From assembly GCA_964658305.1 (NCBI GenBank), contig OZ210886.1, positions 62,001-126,000 of the forward strand: a stretch of DNA of 64,000 nucleotides. The letters are read 5' to 3'. The notes below the pieces were generated by a model. It saw only the letters and a list, made by a program, of their open reading frames with translations, was not told where the DNA came from and made no database searches. Source of the stretch: Leptogorgia sarmentosa. Its lineage: Eukaryota. Of this stretch, positions 1-13,102 are shown one piece after another (the first letter of the stretch is position 1; every line of letters starts with the position of its first letter). Position numbers and translations under genes: made by a program.

Positions 1-897
1 ACACTTTCTCATTGACTTCCAGTATAAAACATAAAGAGAGCGGTGTAAGGTTACCAGCACGAAACAACAACAACACAAATCAAGACAAACATTTTGGTGA
101 TTTACAATTGCCAGGTATTGTCAATATATATATTTGAAAATGTAATGGTACTTTTTGTGCGATTTAAAAATCAGCATCTTGTCGTCAGATTTTCCGTGAT
201 AGTTGCCGATCGGAATTTGCGGGTAGAATTTATGCTTCCAAACAACTGCACCGCGACTAAGGTCCTGTCACAACGGTGCAAAGTTTATGGCAACTTGCAT
301 CGCTATTTAACTTGGAAAATACGCGTCTTCATCACGTTTTGCTCAAGGATTCTTCGCATATCAAACCGTCTTCACTAAGAGACCTCGCCTTATACTCATT
401 TTACGTGCATTAATACGTGCAGTAATTAAGTAGTATGTTACATCCAAAAATCCATTAATGTATCACAATTGTGTACTTTCGTCGTGATATTGGTCTCTTT
501 GAAGCCATGAATTAACATCAATTTATAGGAACAGACAACAACTTGATCCGCATTACCTTTTGGGCTGGTAGATTGCTTGCTTTGCCTTATCGATGGTTTC
601 GAGAACCCCATTCTTCTCCCCGGTGACTCGTTTTAATGTATTTCCCCAGTCAAGTATTTTGTTTATAAATATTCAAACTGCGGACCTGCTAAACCCAATG
701 ACTATGAATTGATTCGTACAAAACTCATAAATAATTAATAGCATTTGTCATTTTTGAAAGGGTCTGTGCTTCATATGTTTATCAAGTAAATATTTTTACT
801 GTGAATGAATAACAGAAGACGATACATTGCGTGGTTGGTGGTGTGAACGTGGAGTTTTTAGTTATGTTTTGATGCGTTTGATATAATCTTAAATTAG

Positions 898-3800
898 ATG
901 CGTCATGGAAAAGTTGCCCGTTATTCAGTCCAGCCACTTAGTAACTAGAGCTGACGTTCCACTTGGTATGCAGATATGATATACCTAACTTAGATGTACA
1001 CATTTGTCCTTCATTATGTTTACGAACCCAAAATTTTATTGTATTACACTATACTGTTTGTTCTACAAGGGGCTGCGAACTCGGAACTGCCTTGGCAGTG
1101 CTTGCACAAAAGTTGCCTGATGAAGTTTACTTTTTTCAAAGTCGTGAGATTAACACAGCTTTGTATGGATACAAGTTTTGTAGACGTCTAGCACCAAAAA
1201 GACTTTTCACGTCGAAATCATGGATTCGATCTTTATTGCGGATTCTCTTAGAAACAATCCCTGTACAGAGCACAGAAAGTCATGGCTTTCTTTTGATATT
1301 CCGTCTCCGATGTTTCCTGTAGTAACTGTTTACAGTGTGCATGCTTAATGGCAATGTTTTGTCTGATTTATATGGGCCTTTGTCTCACAGCTGTCTATGT
1401 TTCTACTTATACTCTCACTATTTTAATTTAGCTGCATACTAGTGCGTAATGCAGTATATAAGCAGCTAGTGCATAATGCAATATTTCTTTTCTATCAATC
1501 CTATTTTACGTTTCTTTTGATGTTAATAGGTGATCGTGTTTTATTTACGGAAGCTGCTGCAATGCCAGGCGTTCCTGTAGTGTATCGTTTACCAGAGGAT
1601 CGTCATACTAATCCAGATCGTCTTAATCTGGACAGGTATTGTTTATTGAATCTCTGAAATTGTTGCAGGATGGTTGGAAGTTTGTTGCCTTCACTATACC
1701 TTCACTACCTACTGTGTATTGTTAAATAATCATATGTACACAAATAGAACTGAAACGATATCAAGTACTTTTCTGTGATTGTATCGCTCTGACATTTCCA
1801 GCACCATCTACACCGTATTCCTGTGGAATCAGTGGCGCCGGCAAGGGGGGGCAAGGGGGGGCAACTGCCCCCCCCCAATGTTTTCCAAATAGTAGTCTTC
1901 ATTTATATAATGAAAAAAAATGAAAGTGGAAAAGCACAATTATCCAGTGGCGTAGGAAGCCGCGACGGGGTGCAGGGGGGCCGAAATACCTTTCGCCCCC
2001 CCCCCCCCCCATTAAGAGCTGGACCAGCTGTTGTATTTGGTTTGTAAACTGTGCGATTAGTTCGCAAGCTGTGCTTGTACTACATCTAAGACCTCTATAC
2101 TTTATTCTGAGTGTTAAGGCTTTGGTTAACACTCTGAAATGGCCGTTTCCGGCGATCTAGAGGCTCTAAATTCTCAAAATTTTCTCGCTCGACGCCAACC
2201 ATGGTGGCGTCTCGTGAGACTCGGCCCCCGCCCATTTGAATAACATATCTACGCCACTGCAATTATCCGTCATGTGAGTGATCATTTATATCAAAACTTT
2301 GCTTGTCTATTGCGTAATGGGGTCATTGCCCCCCCCCAAAAAAAAATCCTGCCGGCGCCACTGTGTGGAATGAAGTATATGATTTCGCTCTCATTGGTTT
2401 CGCAACAATTCCCAACCCTTTTACGTTTATGTTCTAACAATTTTCCATGAAGAACAATTCGGTACATATTTTTGCAATTAATTTATACAACACATGTCAC
2501 AATTTATACAACTCTTGTTTGTAGGAGAAAACTAAATGTCTGTCCAATATTGGAAGGCGAAGATAATGTTCGACTGTTGAACTTTCAACATAATCTGATC
2601 TCTAAAATTGACAATATATCCCAGATGAAAAGACTGATATTTCTTGATTTCTATGATAATCACCTGGAGTGCATATCTGGTTTGTCATCTCTGAAATCAC
2701 TTAGAGTTCTTATGCTGGGGAAAAATAGGTATAAATTTACAATCATCTTTTACATTTTAAGTACGCTATCAATATAACCATCACTGTTACTTCATTAACC
2801 ATCACAATCTACCCATAGTTGTCACCACTATCACGATCATACCATCACCATCTAACTAGTATATAACTGTTAACACAATCACTGTTTATACCATAACCAT
2901 CCATTACCATCGTCATCCTAACTATAGCCATTATTACGAATTCAATAATACTAAGACTTGGTTTTCACTTCAATAAAACCAGAGTTAGCAAGCGAAACAA
3001 GAACTTTCATTAGTTCGTTACTGTAGCAGTTCTACGTATGAGAGGTGTGGTTGAATTGCTGTCTTTACCTCCATCGTAGGATTTCGATCGGACACAAGAG
3101 ACTAGACTATCAGAAACTGCACTATACCATCATCAAAAACGAACAATCCATATGTTGTACTCATATATGACATTTTCTCTTGTGACAGGATCAGGAAAAT
3201 TGAGAATTTAGATGCACTTACTAAACTTGATGTGTTAGATCTCCATGGTAATAAGGTATGGGTGTGACTACTATTGGCACAAACAAGTGGGGAGGGGGGG
3301 GGGGGGGTATAATTATTCATGAGGCGTTCTTTTGCGTAACATGTATATATATTTGTTATGCATGTCCTGACTCCTGTAGATATCAAGTATCGACAATTTG
3401 AATCACCTGTCAGAGCTGAGGGTATTAAATCTCGCTGGAAATGACATAACCGAAGTTCGAAATCTACGTGGCATGCAAGCACTTGCTGAACTGAATTTGA
3501 GACGAAATAAGATAACGATTGTGGTACGATATCGTATGACCTGTGGAGACCTGTTTTCAAACATTTTTTATTACATTCAGGCCTTTTAAAAAACTAACCT
3601 TGGTTTTTTTGTATTTCTAGTCTGAGATCGACCAACTTCCCAATTTGCAACGCCTTTTTCTCAGCTTTAATTCCATTCAAAGGTAGTTCTTTAAACTAGG
3701 CGGTCTACCAGCGCACCAAACTTACGTAAACAACTAGCTTGCAGAGTGTTTTTGGAATATGGATGTTTGTTGTATCGGCTTATTTTCTTAAGCTGTTTAT

Positions 3801-6800
3801 TTATGGGAAACCTCATTTGCCGTTTAGTTTTGACGACATCAGATGTCTATCACAATGCAATGTGCTGTCAGAACTATCACTTGATGGAAATCCATTTTCA
3901 CTGGAACAGTCATATAAACATTGCGTGTTAAAGAATATCCCCAGTCTTCGTCAGTTTGATATGAGAAGAGTTACGGTAAGTTGTCTCGTACACATGTGGA
4001 ATTTAATTAATTCATCTGTATATTTTGATTTTGCCTAGCTGGCGTGTATTTTTAGCTAGAAAACCTAATGCAGGGTACATATCATGCATGAACTGTTTCC
4101 GCGGACACTACCTGGAGGAGCCCATGGAGAGTTTGTGTACATTTTTTAAACAAACATGCAATTCAATGTTATGCATTAATTCAAGTGCTTTTATCAACAA
4201 TGCTTTTATAAAAACATGAAATTTAGAGAACAGAAATTTCCTGAACAACACGTGACGCTGTTGTGAACCCTGGCTCTAGGTTTAATAACACAGTTCAATA
4301 TGTGGCTAGTGTAGGTAGCGGATAGCAGTATAAACAAGCAGCAGAAACAAGCCGCAAAAGTATTTATAAAAAATAAGTATTTTTGCAGGACGAGGAAAAA
4401 AGACTAGCAAATGTGATGACAAGGAAAGAGGATGACAAAAAGAAAGAAATGGGAAGAATTACACATCTTAAGGTATTGTAATGGTGTAAAAATTTGGGTA
4501 AACATGATGTTTTGATCTATTGTTAATGTGTGACTGTGTGTTGTGCATGCATGCGTTAATATCCAGGAAAAGAAAAAGAACGCCATAAACAACGCTCAAA
4601 AGCAGTGGGAGATGTTTCATGTTGACACTCCTGGCATTGAAAACAGGTAAATGTATTTCTGTTCACTGTTGCACTGGTACATGAATTTTTATTCAGGAAT
4701 AAGATAATTGAAATAAAGAAGCAAGATATAGGGCCATGATGACAGAACGAGAGGTGATGTTTATTTGATTTCACTCCATTTTATAGCAAATTCTCGCCTG
4801 AAGAAAAAACTCTTGAAGCTGAAGTTTTGAGGTATGGTGATATATACGTGGCAGTGCATGCTTTGTAGGTAGTGGATCCCAACAGCGAAGACTCTGCTAC
4901 TAAGTAGGCCTTCGCTCGAATTGTCGAATCTCATCGTTTAGGTAGTGAGTAGATAATTAGGTATACTGTAATCGAAAAGCGTTTTGTGATGATAAAACAT
5001 TCTTTTTACTGGAAACGCTTCAGTTATTCATTATTTCTTCCATAGTCACGAAGGAGTACCTGGTTCAACAATCTGTCATCTCGCTGAACTGGAAGGAGAA
5101 ACATTATTTCTTTATGGCCCTGGTTCGTTAGATGCATTAGATCGTAACTGGGGTCAACAAGCTACTAACACCCTCACTAATGTCGTGTTCAAGTTCATTG
5201 ATTTTGACGATATTGTACCTCACCTTGCAAAAATACAGACTAAATTTCCTGTCGTACAGGTATAATATACATATACATGGATCATTTGTGCTGACCAATA
5301 GGAGTACCATTGATCTTTCTCACGCTCATGCAGGCCTTCAAATCCACCATTTTTTTGAGTGGGCAATAATATATCATTTTTCATCAAAAGTATAAACATT
5401 GTAAACAATTGTTTGACGCTATGTTCCTGTACATATAGTTGTTTAAAATTTGGTCTAATTTCCAGAAATGTTCTACGTAAATAGAACTAGCAGAGCTATA
5501 ATACTCTAGCTACTTAAAAGAAATAATTAGCTTCTCTTTGGTTTCCAAACACATTCAGTTTCCTTAACTCAATCATTTTGAATTTTTCTTTTTATTAGAA
5601 ACTAGTTTTCACGAACACAAACATAACAAACTTACCGCAAATCAATGCCTTGGCTGTGATAAAACATTTGGACTGTCTTACAATAAGTGATGATAATCCA
5701 GTAACTTATTTTCATCTTTGGAAACCATACACGTTATTCCGGCTTGCACATTTATCTCTTCATTACTTGAATGACATGGAGGTATGTTTTTGCGCATTTC
5801 ACATTTATATACAATAGACATTCCTGCCCCTATGTTATGTATAATTATATATAGGTATATATACTACTTAAACAAACATACGTAGAACTATTTTTAACAT
5901 ACTGTAGCTAGCTACTTTCTGTTTCGTGTATAGATAACTGGTGAAGATATTGTAAAAGCAGAAAAATTATTTGGAGCTTTGTCTCATGTCACGACTTCGG
6001 ACCTTCCTCAATCTCGACTTTTATCCTTACTTGGTGATAATAGGTAAGTGGTTTTTCTTAGGGTAAAGTGTTCCCTTGCACACAACTGAAATTAGCCGTA
6101 ATGAGTCTAGGATACTACCTGTATAAATTTCTCAATAACTAATTTGAAATATTTCATTAATACTGACAATTACTAAATTTCCTATTTGAATGTTGTGGCC
6201 AATTAGGTTTCACAGTATAGATGAAGTTGATGACAGTCAAACGACATATTTGTAGTCGTTATTTGCATGAGTTAACCGTTATACTTATACTGCCTATAGC
6301 ATTGACTATTCAGGCTTTCATTTGGATTTTAAGAATTCGTCCAAATTTCCTCCGCATCATATGACCTTTAAGTACACACCCTCTCTCGCAGCCTTGGATC
6401 ATTTGTATAACAGTATTTTAAAGGTCGAATGATTTCTTAAACAAACCTAATTCTATAAATTAAAAATATTTGTTTTCAATTTGCTTTTCCAAATTCTCAT
6501 AGATTGTGCAAATTAAGTGGCGGATTGTCGTCTTTTTTATGCCATGAAAATATCGTTACCTCCCCCCCCCCCCCATAATGAATGACAATTCCTTTGCTAT
6601 AAAAAGGACAAGCCGTTTGTTTTCTAATGGTTGTTTCCTTTCCTATTTTGTAGGAAACGTGAAACACTCTTTGATTCTGGAAAAGTGAGGAAAACTGAAG
6701 GAAAACACGAACGGTAATGTGACGTCAAATAACGTTCATTTACCCAGGCTGTTTTTATCTTCATGACTGGTAATTTTACTGGCAGGGTTACTTTTTCTGC

Positions 6801-7534
6801 ATGTGTTGTTGAATGTAATTATTGATCACTCTCTGCATTCAAAAATGACGACATTACCAAGAAGCATCGAAGGAAAATAAAGTGGAATTGTGATGGCTCT
6901 AGATGACGGAAGTCAAGAATTGTATTTCTAAAATATAAATTTAGGCAACCATGCAACTTGCAGATTCTGTCTAAGACCTTAGTCCAGGCCAACCAGGATC
7001 ATGTAACCAGGCCTCGCATCCCTCTTTCAGTGTACACATGCAATACCCGTAAATTTGTGTCAATTATAACTGTAAATATTTTTAATAATATAGTACCTTG
7101 TCAAACGAAGGTTTAGGGCGCGCTGGTTTACGATATCGACCTCCACAAATGGTAGAAGACAATAAAAAGGTATTCTGTATATTGCTTCATTGGCTCCTAG
7201 CTTCTAATATAACAACCCGGGTAACAGTTTTGGCTGATATTAGTAACCCTGGGAGTCTGGGACAAAGCCCTGAGCGTCATACCCATTTCATATATCACGT
7301 GTGACAGAACTAATAGATGTTAAATATTCTATCTTTATATAGGAGTTGAAATCATGTCACGTGTTTTCTGAAAATTTTGTTAAGAATCTAGTGGAAACGT
7401 GTATTAGCAACCACGAGAAAACGATGAAATTAGAAATTCTGTATCCACAAATAATACAAGAAATGGTACAGCATTATGTTCGACAAATGAGGAACTTTGA
7501 TAACTTCGTCGAGAAAAGCCTTGAAGATGTTTGA
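898..7534 (+). CDS. LRRC49: Leucine-rich repeat-containing protein 49 (multi-exon; true start codon uncertain)
   Basis: Phase-compatible GT-AG exons: 898-965 (probable), 1530-1635, 2525-2728, 3189-3255, 3380-3523, 3621-3682, 3828-3975, 4389-4472, 4567-4646, 4787-4831, 5046-5259, 5599-5781, 5934-6043, 6654-6713, 7094-7169, 7343-7534 (TGA). The spliced protein (DRLNLDRRKLNVCPILEGEDNVRLLNFQHNLISKIDN..LRVLMLGKNRIRKIENLDALTKLDVLDLHGNKI..LDGNPF..FDMRRVTDEEKRLA) matches LRRC49 as I recall it. Confidence 0.9.
1830..2363. mobile_element. hAT-type MITE (outer element) in LRRC49 intron
   Basis: TIRs cagtggcgccggca / tgccggcgccactg; 8-bp TSD tgtggaat at 1822-1829 and 2364-2371. Confidence 0.9.
1945..2259. 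mobile_element. hAT-type MITE nested inside the 1830-2363 element
   Basis: TIRs cagtggcgtag / ctacgccactg; 8-bp TSD caattatc at 1937-1944 and 2260-2267. Confidence 0.9.
2775..2935. repeat. Degenerate (CAT/CAC/ACC)-rich low-complexity tract in intron
   Basis: Repeated accatc/atcact/ccatca motifs. Confidence 0.55.
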
Positions 7535-8373
7535 TGTTCACTACTAAGATCACGTGTACTTCATCGTGAATAATAAGTGAACATGCGCAGTAAGTGAGGC
7601 TGTGTTTCACAAGCCGGCCTAACTTTTTGCGATTTTCCCCTGTAACTTACTGGATTCATGATGGTCAACTATAATGTTTCCACGAAATAAAGTTGGATTT
7701 TTGGAAGATGTTAAAGGTTATTTTTATAAAGAGTGAATTGCTGTCTTTTACGTCCAATCAAAGAAAGTAATTTATGCTGCAGTACTGTAATTAGACGGTT
7801 GAAACACGTGCAATGATAGTAATTATATGATGAGTAATTAGTAAGTAAATGACAAAATCTCGTGCGTGAAGTTACATCGTTTGAGCTATGAATTACAAAA
7901 TAGAAAAGTATTGAAAAAAAAGTGCAAAAGTTCTTTATCGGTATTAACCGACCTGACTAATTTATCAAAAAACGTTCAATTACCTAGAAATTGAATGAAA
8001 AAGGAAAGTTTTAATGAAAGGTAAAACAAAGTAGATATTTTTAACACTAGTCACAACTGTTTCAATTCAAACAAACGTCGAACGTACTCCTGATAGCTAC
8101 GTAAGGGTGGCTTGGATGTTTTAATTGTTTACCATTCGGACATTCAATTACGTGGTAACAATCTTATGCTTCATGCTTATTAACATTTCATCATGCACGT
8201 GATTTCCATCTTAGTTCTGACTATCATGCAATCTAACTTCATGTTAACCTGAAAAACTGAATACTGCATATTGAAAAACTGCAATGTTATATCACTAAGC
8301 CTAAGGATACATGGATTATATAAAAAAAACTATTTCTGCATGATAACTTACTTGAGATTGTTGTCAATAGTGC

Positions 8374-11300
8374 TCAACATCCATAAAATTCAACACGAAG
8401 GGAGATGTGTCCATTCCAGGATTTCGGTTCAATCCTTACATATCGAGCAACGATGGCGGGTGAAATAACATTGTGAACTACAGAATGCTTATCTCCGTTG
8501 CCATTGAATACCTAAAATAATTAGGTTTACAGTGATTTAAAATACTACAGGGGCTTTCAAAAATTCCCTTGCAGGGACGCAACTAGAGCGTTAATTTGGG
8601 AGGGGGGGGGGGGGGGGAGGGGTGTATAGGGGTGTTAGCTGTAATTATAATCTTGGATACTACTTAATTGTATATAAATTACTTAAATAGTTCATGAATA
8701 CTGAAAGTACCCACCTTGGCTTGGCCATCGTGTTTATACAGGAAAAATGTTACCCCATCAATGCTGTAATGCAATGTGTAGGTTTTTACCCACTGTGAAC
8801 AGCAATCTTCCCTTCCCTGAGTACTGATGCCAACCACAACAGTTTGACGTTTGAAATCAACCTTTAACCATTGGTTGAGATCATTTGATTTTGAAGACCA
8901 AGCTCCTGTTCTGCCACTGTGTGCGATAAAAAACAATCTAGCGTTGTTTGGACCATGGTTGGAATCCCATTCCGATGACGCTGTGATTTGGGAGTTCAGG
9001 ATTTTACCATTGCGCATTCCCAAGTCCTTTGTGCCTTCACAATCTTTTGAAGAAAAGTATTTTACGATTAGAAATTATTACTGATGGAATTATTACTGCT
9101 GATGAAAAGGCTTCAAGTCTAACACCCTAAAAAATAGACACTCAAGGGATGCGTGAAGATTTGCCGGTGAGCTTTGAACATTTTGTGTGTTAACTCTTCT
9201 TGCAGATATATACTTGCAGTCAATCACTGATGCTTACGGTAGTCAAAGACTACAGATTAGGCTGAATTAGACTAAATTAGACTTCATTGTTTTAATGTTC
9301 CCGCAGCAAGCATTACATTTTCCACGTTTTTCATTGATGAATACAATTGAAAACGCAGTTTTTCGTAATGGAAACACCACCTTTAAAGGCAATTTTATGA
9401 TGAAGGCGATTTTAGATACTCTGAAGCCTATTTACCTGACATTAGTAATATTAGTAGCAACGGGTTGAGCACGTTGGGGTGGAGTTGTGGTCGGGAGCAT
9501 ATTCTTCACCCCAGCCCTATCCTAGCGCCAAAAGATCAAGAGATACTTAAAAAAGAGATTCCATGTTCTATGCATATTAACGCTTGTACTGTCTACACTA
9601 TCTTCAGTAAACACAGTAGACATTTTCTGCCATTTTAATCAGTGAACTGACTCAACGTTTAACACGAGTAGTTTTACAAACCAAGTATAATTTTAGGAAA
9701 CATATTGCCACAAATACAAATGTTTATGGATGTTAAACTTCATTTTACCTCTATAACATCCAAAAAGTTCCATTCTCAAGGAAATGTGTTCGTTCCAAGA
9801 CTTTGGTTGTATGCGAATATATCGAGCCAGGATTGGTGAAGAGAAATCATGATGTACCGTTAAAATTTTGTCTGTATTACCACTGAAAATCTAGAAATAT
9901 CCATACATACAGTGCATGTATTATTAGCTGCTTAATTAACAAACATAGCTTGGAATGCTGTTAATGCTTAACGATTTCAAACCAACAAATACCATTGGGT
10001 CTCATATGGCACAAATGTATACCATTTCCAGTTCTACCACAATTGATTAAACCAGATGAAATATACATTGAATTAACCTTATTTTATTTCCCTTACCTTA
10101 ATTTGATTAAGTTCTTTGTATGGTCGATACTGTACGCTATCATTACTGTATGAAACAATGTATGTTTTGACAAACTGATTGCCATAATCTTCACGACCTT
10201 GTGTGCTTATACCAGTGATCACTGTTTGTTGTTCAAGATCAACTTGCAACCATTGGTTTACATCATTGACTTTTGCCGACCATGCTCCAGTTCTTCCATT
10301 GTGTGCTTTAAAGTTCAGACGTCCATTTTGTGCACGATGTCTTGAATTATATTCAGATGATGCGCTAATTTGACGGTCGCGAATTCTTCCCTTTTCTAAT
10401 CCAAGCTTTCCAGGTTCATTGCAATCTGTAAACGATGTATACATTTAGATACAAATACACATGACTAGGAATAACCAGACGATGAGTCTATAAATACTTA
10501 TGAACAGTTATTGTAAGGCTACGTGCACACGGGATAAGACTGCATGGTAACAACAGTTTAAGAAACTTTCAATTGAAGGCCCTCTCCAATTTGCATCATC
10601 ACAGGGCTTTATGCAATATAGTGTAATTTGCGTTCTCACATTATTTAAATAACCTTTAAAGTTAATATTTTTATGTTGATAAAATGGCTAGGGGAATCTC
10701 AAACCCTAGCCCAAATAGATATTGAAGAGTTACGGAAAGCTATATACATACGCACCAAGTAAAATCCCTATTCGAAATAAGATAAACGACATTTCGCTAT
10801 CATGGATACAGTCTTCTTGCTTTTGCATGAGCGGGCCAAAACGTTATTTCATGACGACAAATAACTTTGGCAAATATTTTTTCAGTACGGACCTCCCATC
10901 CAGTAAATAACCTAAATCTTTACCTATATTGCATCCGTGGAATTCCACTCTCATGGAAATGTGACTATGCCAGGTTTTAGGATGAACACGAATATATCTG
11001 GTAGTAATTGCTGTAGGTAGGCTGTGGTAAACAACTGAATCTCTATCGGTATTGCCATCAAATACCTGTGACGGTAAAAACTGGGATTTTTAAAACCTCC
11101 AGGTAAAAGATGCCGGCTGTCTTCCATTATAAAAATGGGATTGGGTTGTACATATGCTGCGCAGAAGAACGGCCTGTTAACAGTATATTGTACTTTTAAG
11201 CTCTTGTGAAATCCCACGAAGGAAAGTTGAATTCCAAATAATATATATTTACCTTGAGAACACCATGAGGTTTATAGGCTTGGAATGACAGTCCATCCTG

Positions 11301-12489
11301 GCTGTAAGACAGCGTGTAACTCTTAACAAACTGAGTATACGTAGTTCCTGCTCTTCCCTGGGTACTGATTCCAACTATGGCTGTTGTTCGCTTAAAATCA
11401 ATCTGTAACCATTGATTGATGTCATTTGTTTTGGACGACCAAGCTCCTGTTCTACCATTATGTGGTGTATAAAACAGTCTACTATTGCTTGAGCTGTGGT
11501 TGGGATCCCATTCACTCGATGCTGAGATTTGTGAGTCACTGATCAGACCATTTTCCATTCCAAGTTTCTTTGGTTCATTACAAACTATAAGAAAAAATAT
11601 ACGAGTATTTCAAACACGTCAAGCACAACATACATGTAAGTGATATTACCCTGAGTAACGCGTAAAAGAATTCTTTTTAACCGTCAGAGATGATCTATTT
11701 TACTATTTTACTTTACATTTTCAACTAATACATATGAATTTAAAACGTCGACAAACCATCTATAGTTCTCTGCAGAGTGCAGCCGCATTTTTTGTGCTCA
11801 GAGTACGCATCGATGATGTGGGGGAAATATGAAAAAATGTACAAAGTGCAAACAAAGGAAAATATTGGATATATAGTATACATTTTGAATAGTACCTATA
11901 GTGATATCAAATATTTTAACCTATTCCACATGCGATTCTCGATACTTGCCTTGAGCTTTTTCCGTGATTTGCATTTTACATTTTCCCGCTTTAAGGTATT
12001 TCCACAAGGAATTCATCTCGTAGTTAAATTCGTCTTTGAGATCACTGATTTCATTCTTGACATTAATCAGAAGATCTTTTAACTCTTTAATATCTGATTT
12101 TAAAGTGCATTGGCCTGCGTCGTTCATAGTTTCTTCTGTCAAAGAATCGTCCGTATTATCAAACGTAAAGCATGTTACACTGAAAAAAAGAAAAATGTTG
12201 CAGACTTGCAGTGATGTGAGAAAACCGAAAGAAACATTCTGGTATTATTCACATTCAAACATAGTGAAATAATACAAATAGCGCGGCCAATACAAATTAT
12301 TTGTGCGGGTAGTTTAAAAACAAAATGACGACTTGCTGAATGCGGGTCTGCGTCGTGCCATATACAGCTAGCGACTGAATTTGGATTTACAATACATTCA
12401 TTTGATTATTGATGGTCTACATGTACGTACCTTGGGTATGAATAAAGAAATCCGAAGAAAACGACCAATGCAAACCTTACTGCGTTCAT
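8374..12489 (-). CDS. Type A secreted protein: signal peptide + coiled-coil + 3 discoidin (F5/8 type C) domains, ~566 aa
   Basis: Exons 12489-12431 (MNAVRFALVVFFGFLYSYPS), 12179-11950 (GC donor), 11584-11253, 11065-10924, 10425-10097, 9890-9749, 9043-8715, 8511-8374 (TGA); 1701 nt in frame. Each domain shows C..LG..G.I..QI.ASS, GAW, QWL..D, GISTQGR and R.E..GC motifs. Confidence 0.9.
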
Positions 12490-12535
12490 CTTGAAAGTCA
12501 AGAGAGAGTTTTGCCTTAATGGCAGGGTCTTGTCA

Positions 12536-12544
12536 TTATATATA
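12536..12544 (-). promoter_or_regulatory. Putative TATA box of the type A discoidin gene
   Basis: TATATATAA on the minus strand ~47 nt upstream of the ATG; type B copies have TATAAA at an equivalent position (e.g. 21326-21331). Confidence 0.4.
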
Positions 12545-12962
12545 ACTATACAGACCACCGGAAGTCTCGATTCTATAGCTCGATCTTCCTTCAGTTTGCG
12601 CTTTGCAAATTGCAACTACATTGTTATTGTATTACGTATACTATATTTACTATATAAATTGTTGCTTTAACGATTCGGTAACGTTATATATATGTTTTTA
12701 GAGATGAAATCAAAGAATTTAGCCTTTTTAAAATTAGCTTCATTTTTTGCACGAAAAAAACCTTGAAGGCTGAAAGAAATAGAACAAAATAGGATGCGCA
12801 GTTTTTGTGTCCGTCATGCATCTTGCATCTTCCTTCAGCTCGACTGTGATATAATAATTATCGTTTCTTTGTTTTTTAAATAATATTTCCTATAGATAGC
12901 AATGGGGCCTCTCACCACCTACGTTATTCCTATTGTGTCGGGTATATACTAACGTTTTGTTA

Positions 12963-13102
12963 GCCCTAGTTTATATATACGTCGCTCTTATGTCGAACTT
13001 TCGTCCTGTCAAATGCAATTCAAACAATGGATAATAAGCTAATGCACCTCATTATCTATTGTTTGACGAAACTTCGACATAGGAGCGACGTATAAACTGG
13101 GC
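12963..13102. mobile_element. Fold-back MITE, PIF/Harbinger (Tourist)-like
   Basis: Imperfect ~40-bp inverted arms (gccctagtttatatatacgtcgctcttatgtcgaactttcgtc / gacgaaacttcgacataggagcgacgtataaactgggc), an inner inverted pair caaacaatggataat / attatctattgtttg, and TTA on both flanks. Confidence 0.7.

Noticed and set aside
94..1322. ORFs 94-378, 963-1322 and 994-1191
   Set aside because: No recognisable protein; they fall in the LRRC49 5' region or introns. The ATG at 232 (MLPNNCTATK) might begin the first exon, but I could not establish a splice chain.
4071..4272. Possible MITE with cagggt..accctg ends in an LRRC49 intron
   Set aside because: TIR match is short and there is no matching TSD.
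8851..9084. Plus-strand ORFs overlapping discoidin exons (also 16697, 17609 and their copies)
   Set aside because: Antisense shadows of the minus-strand coding exons.
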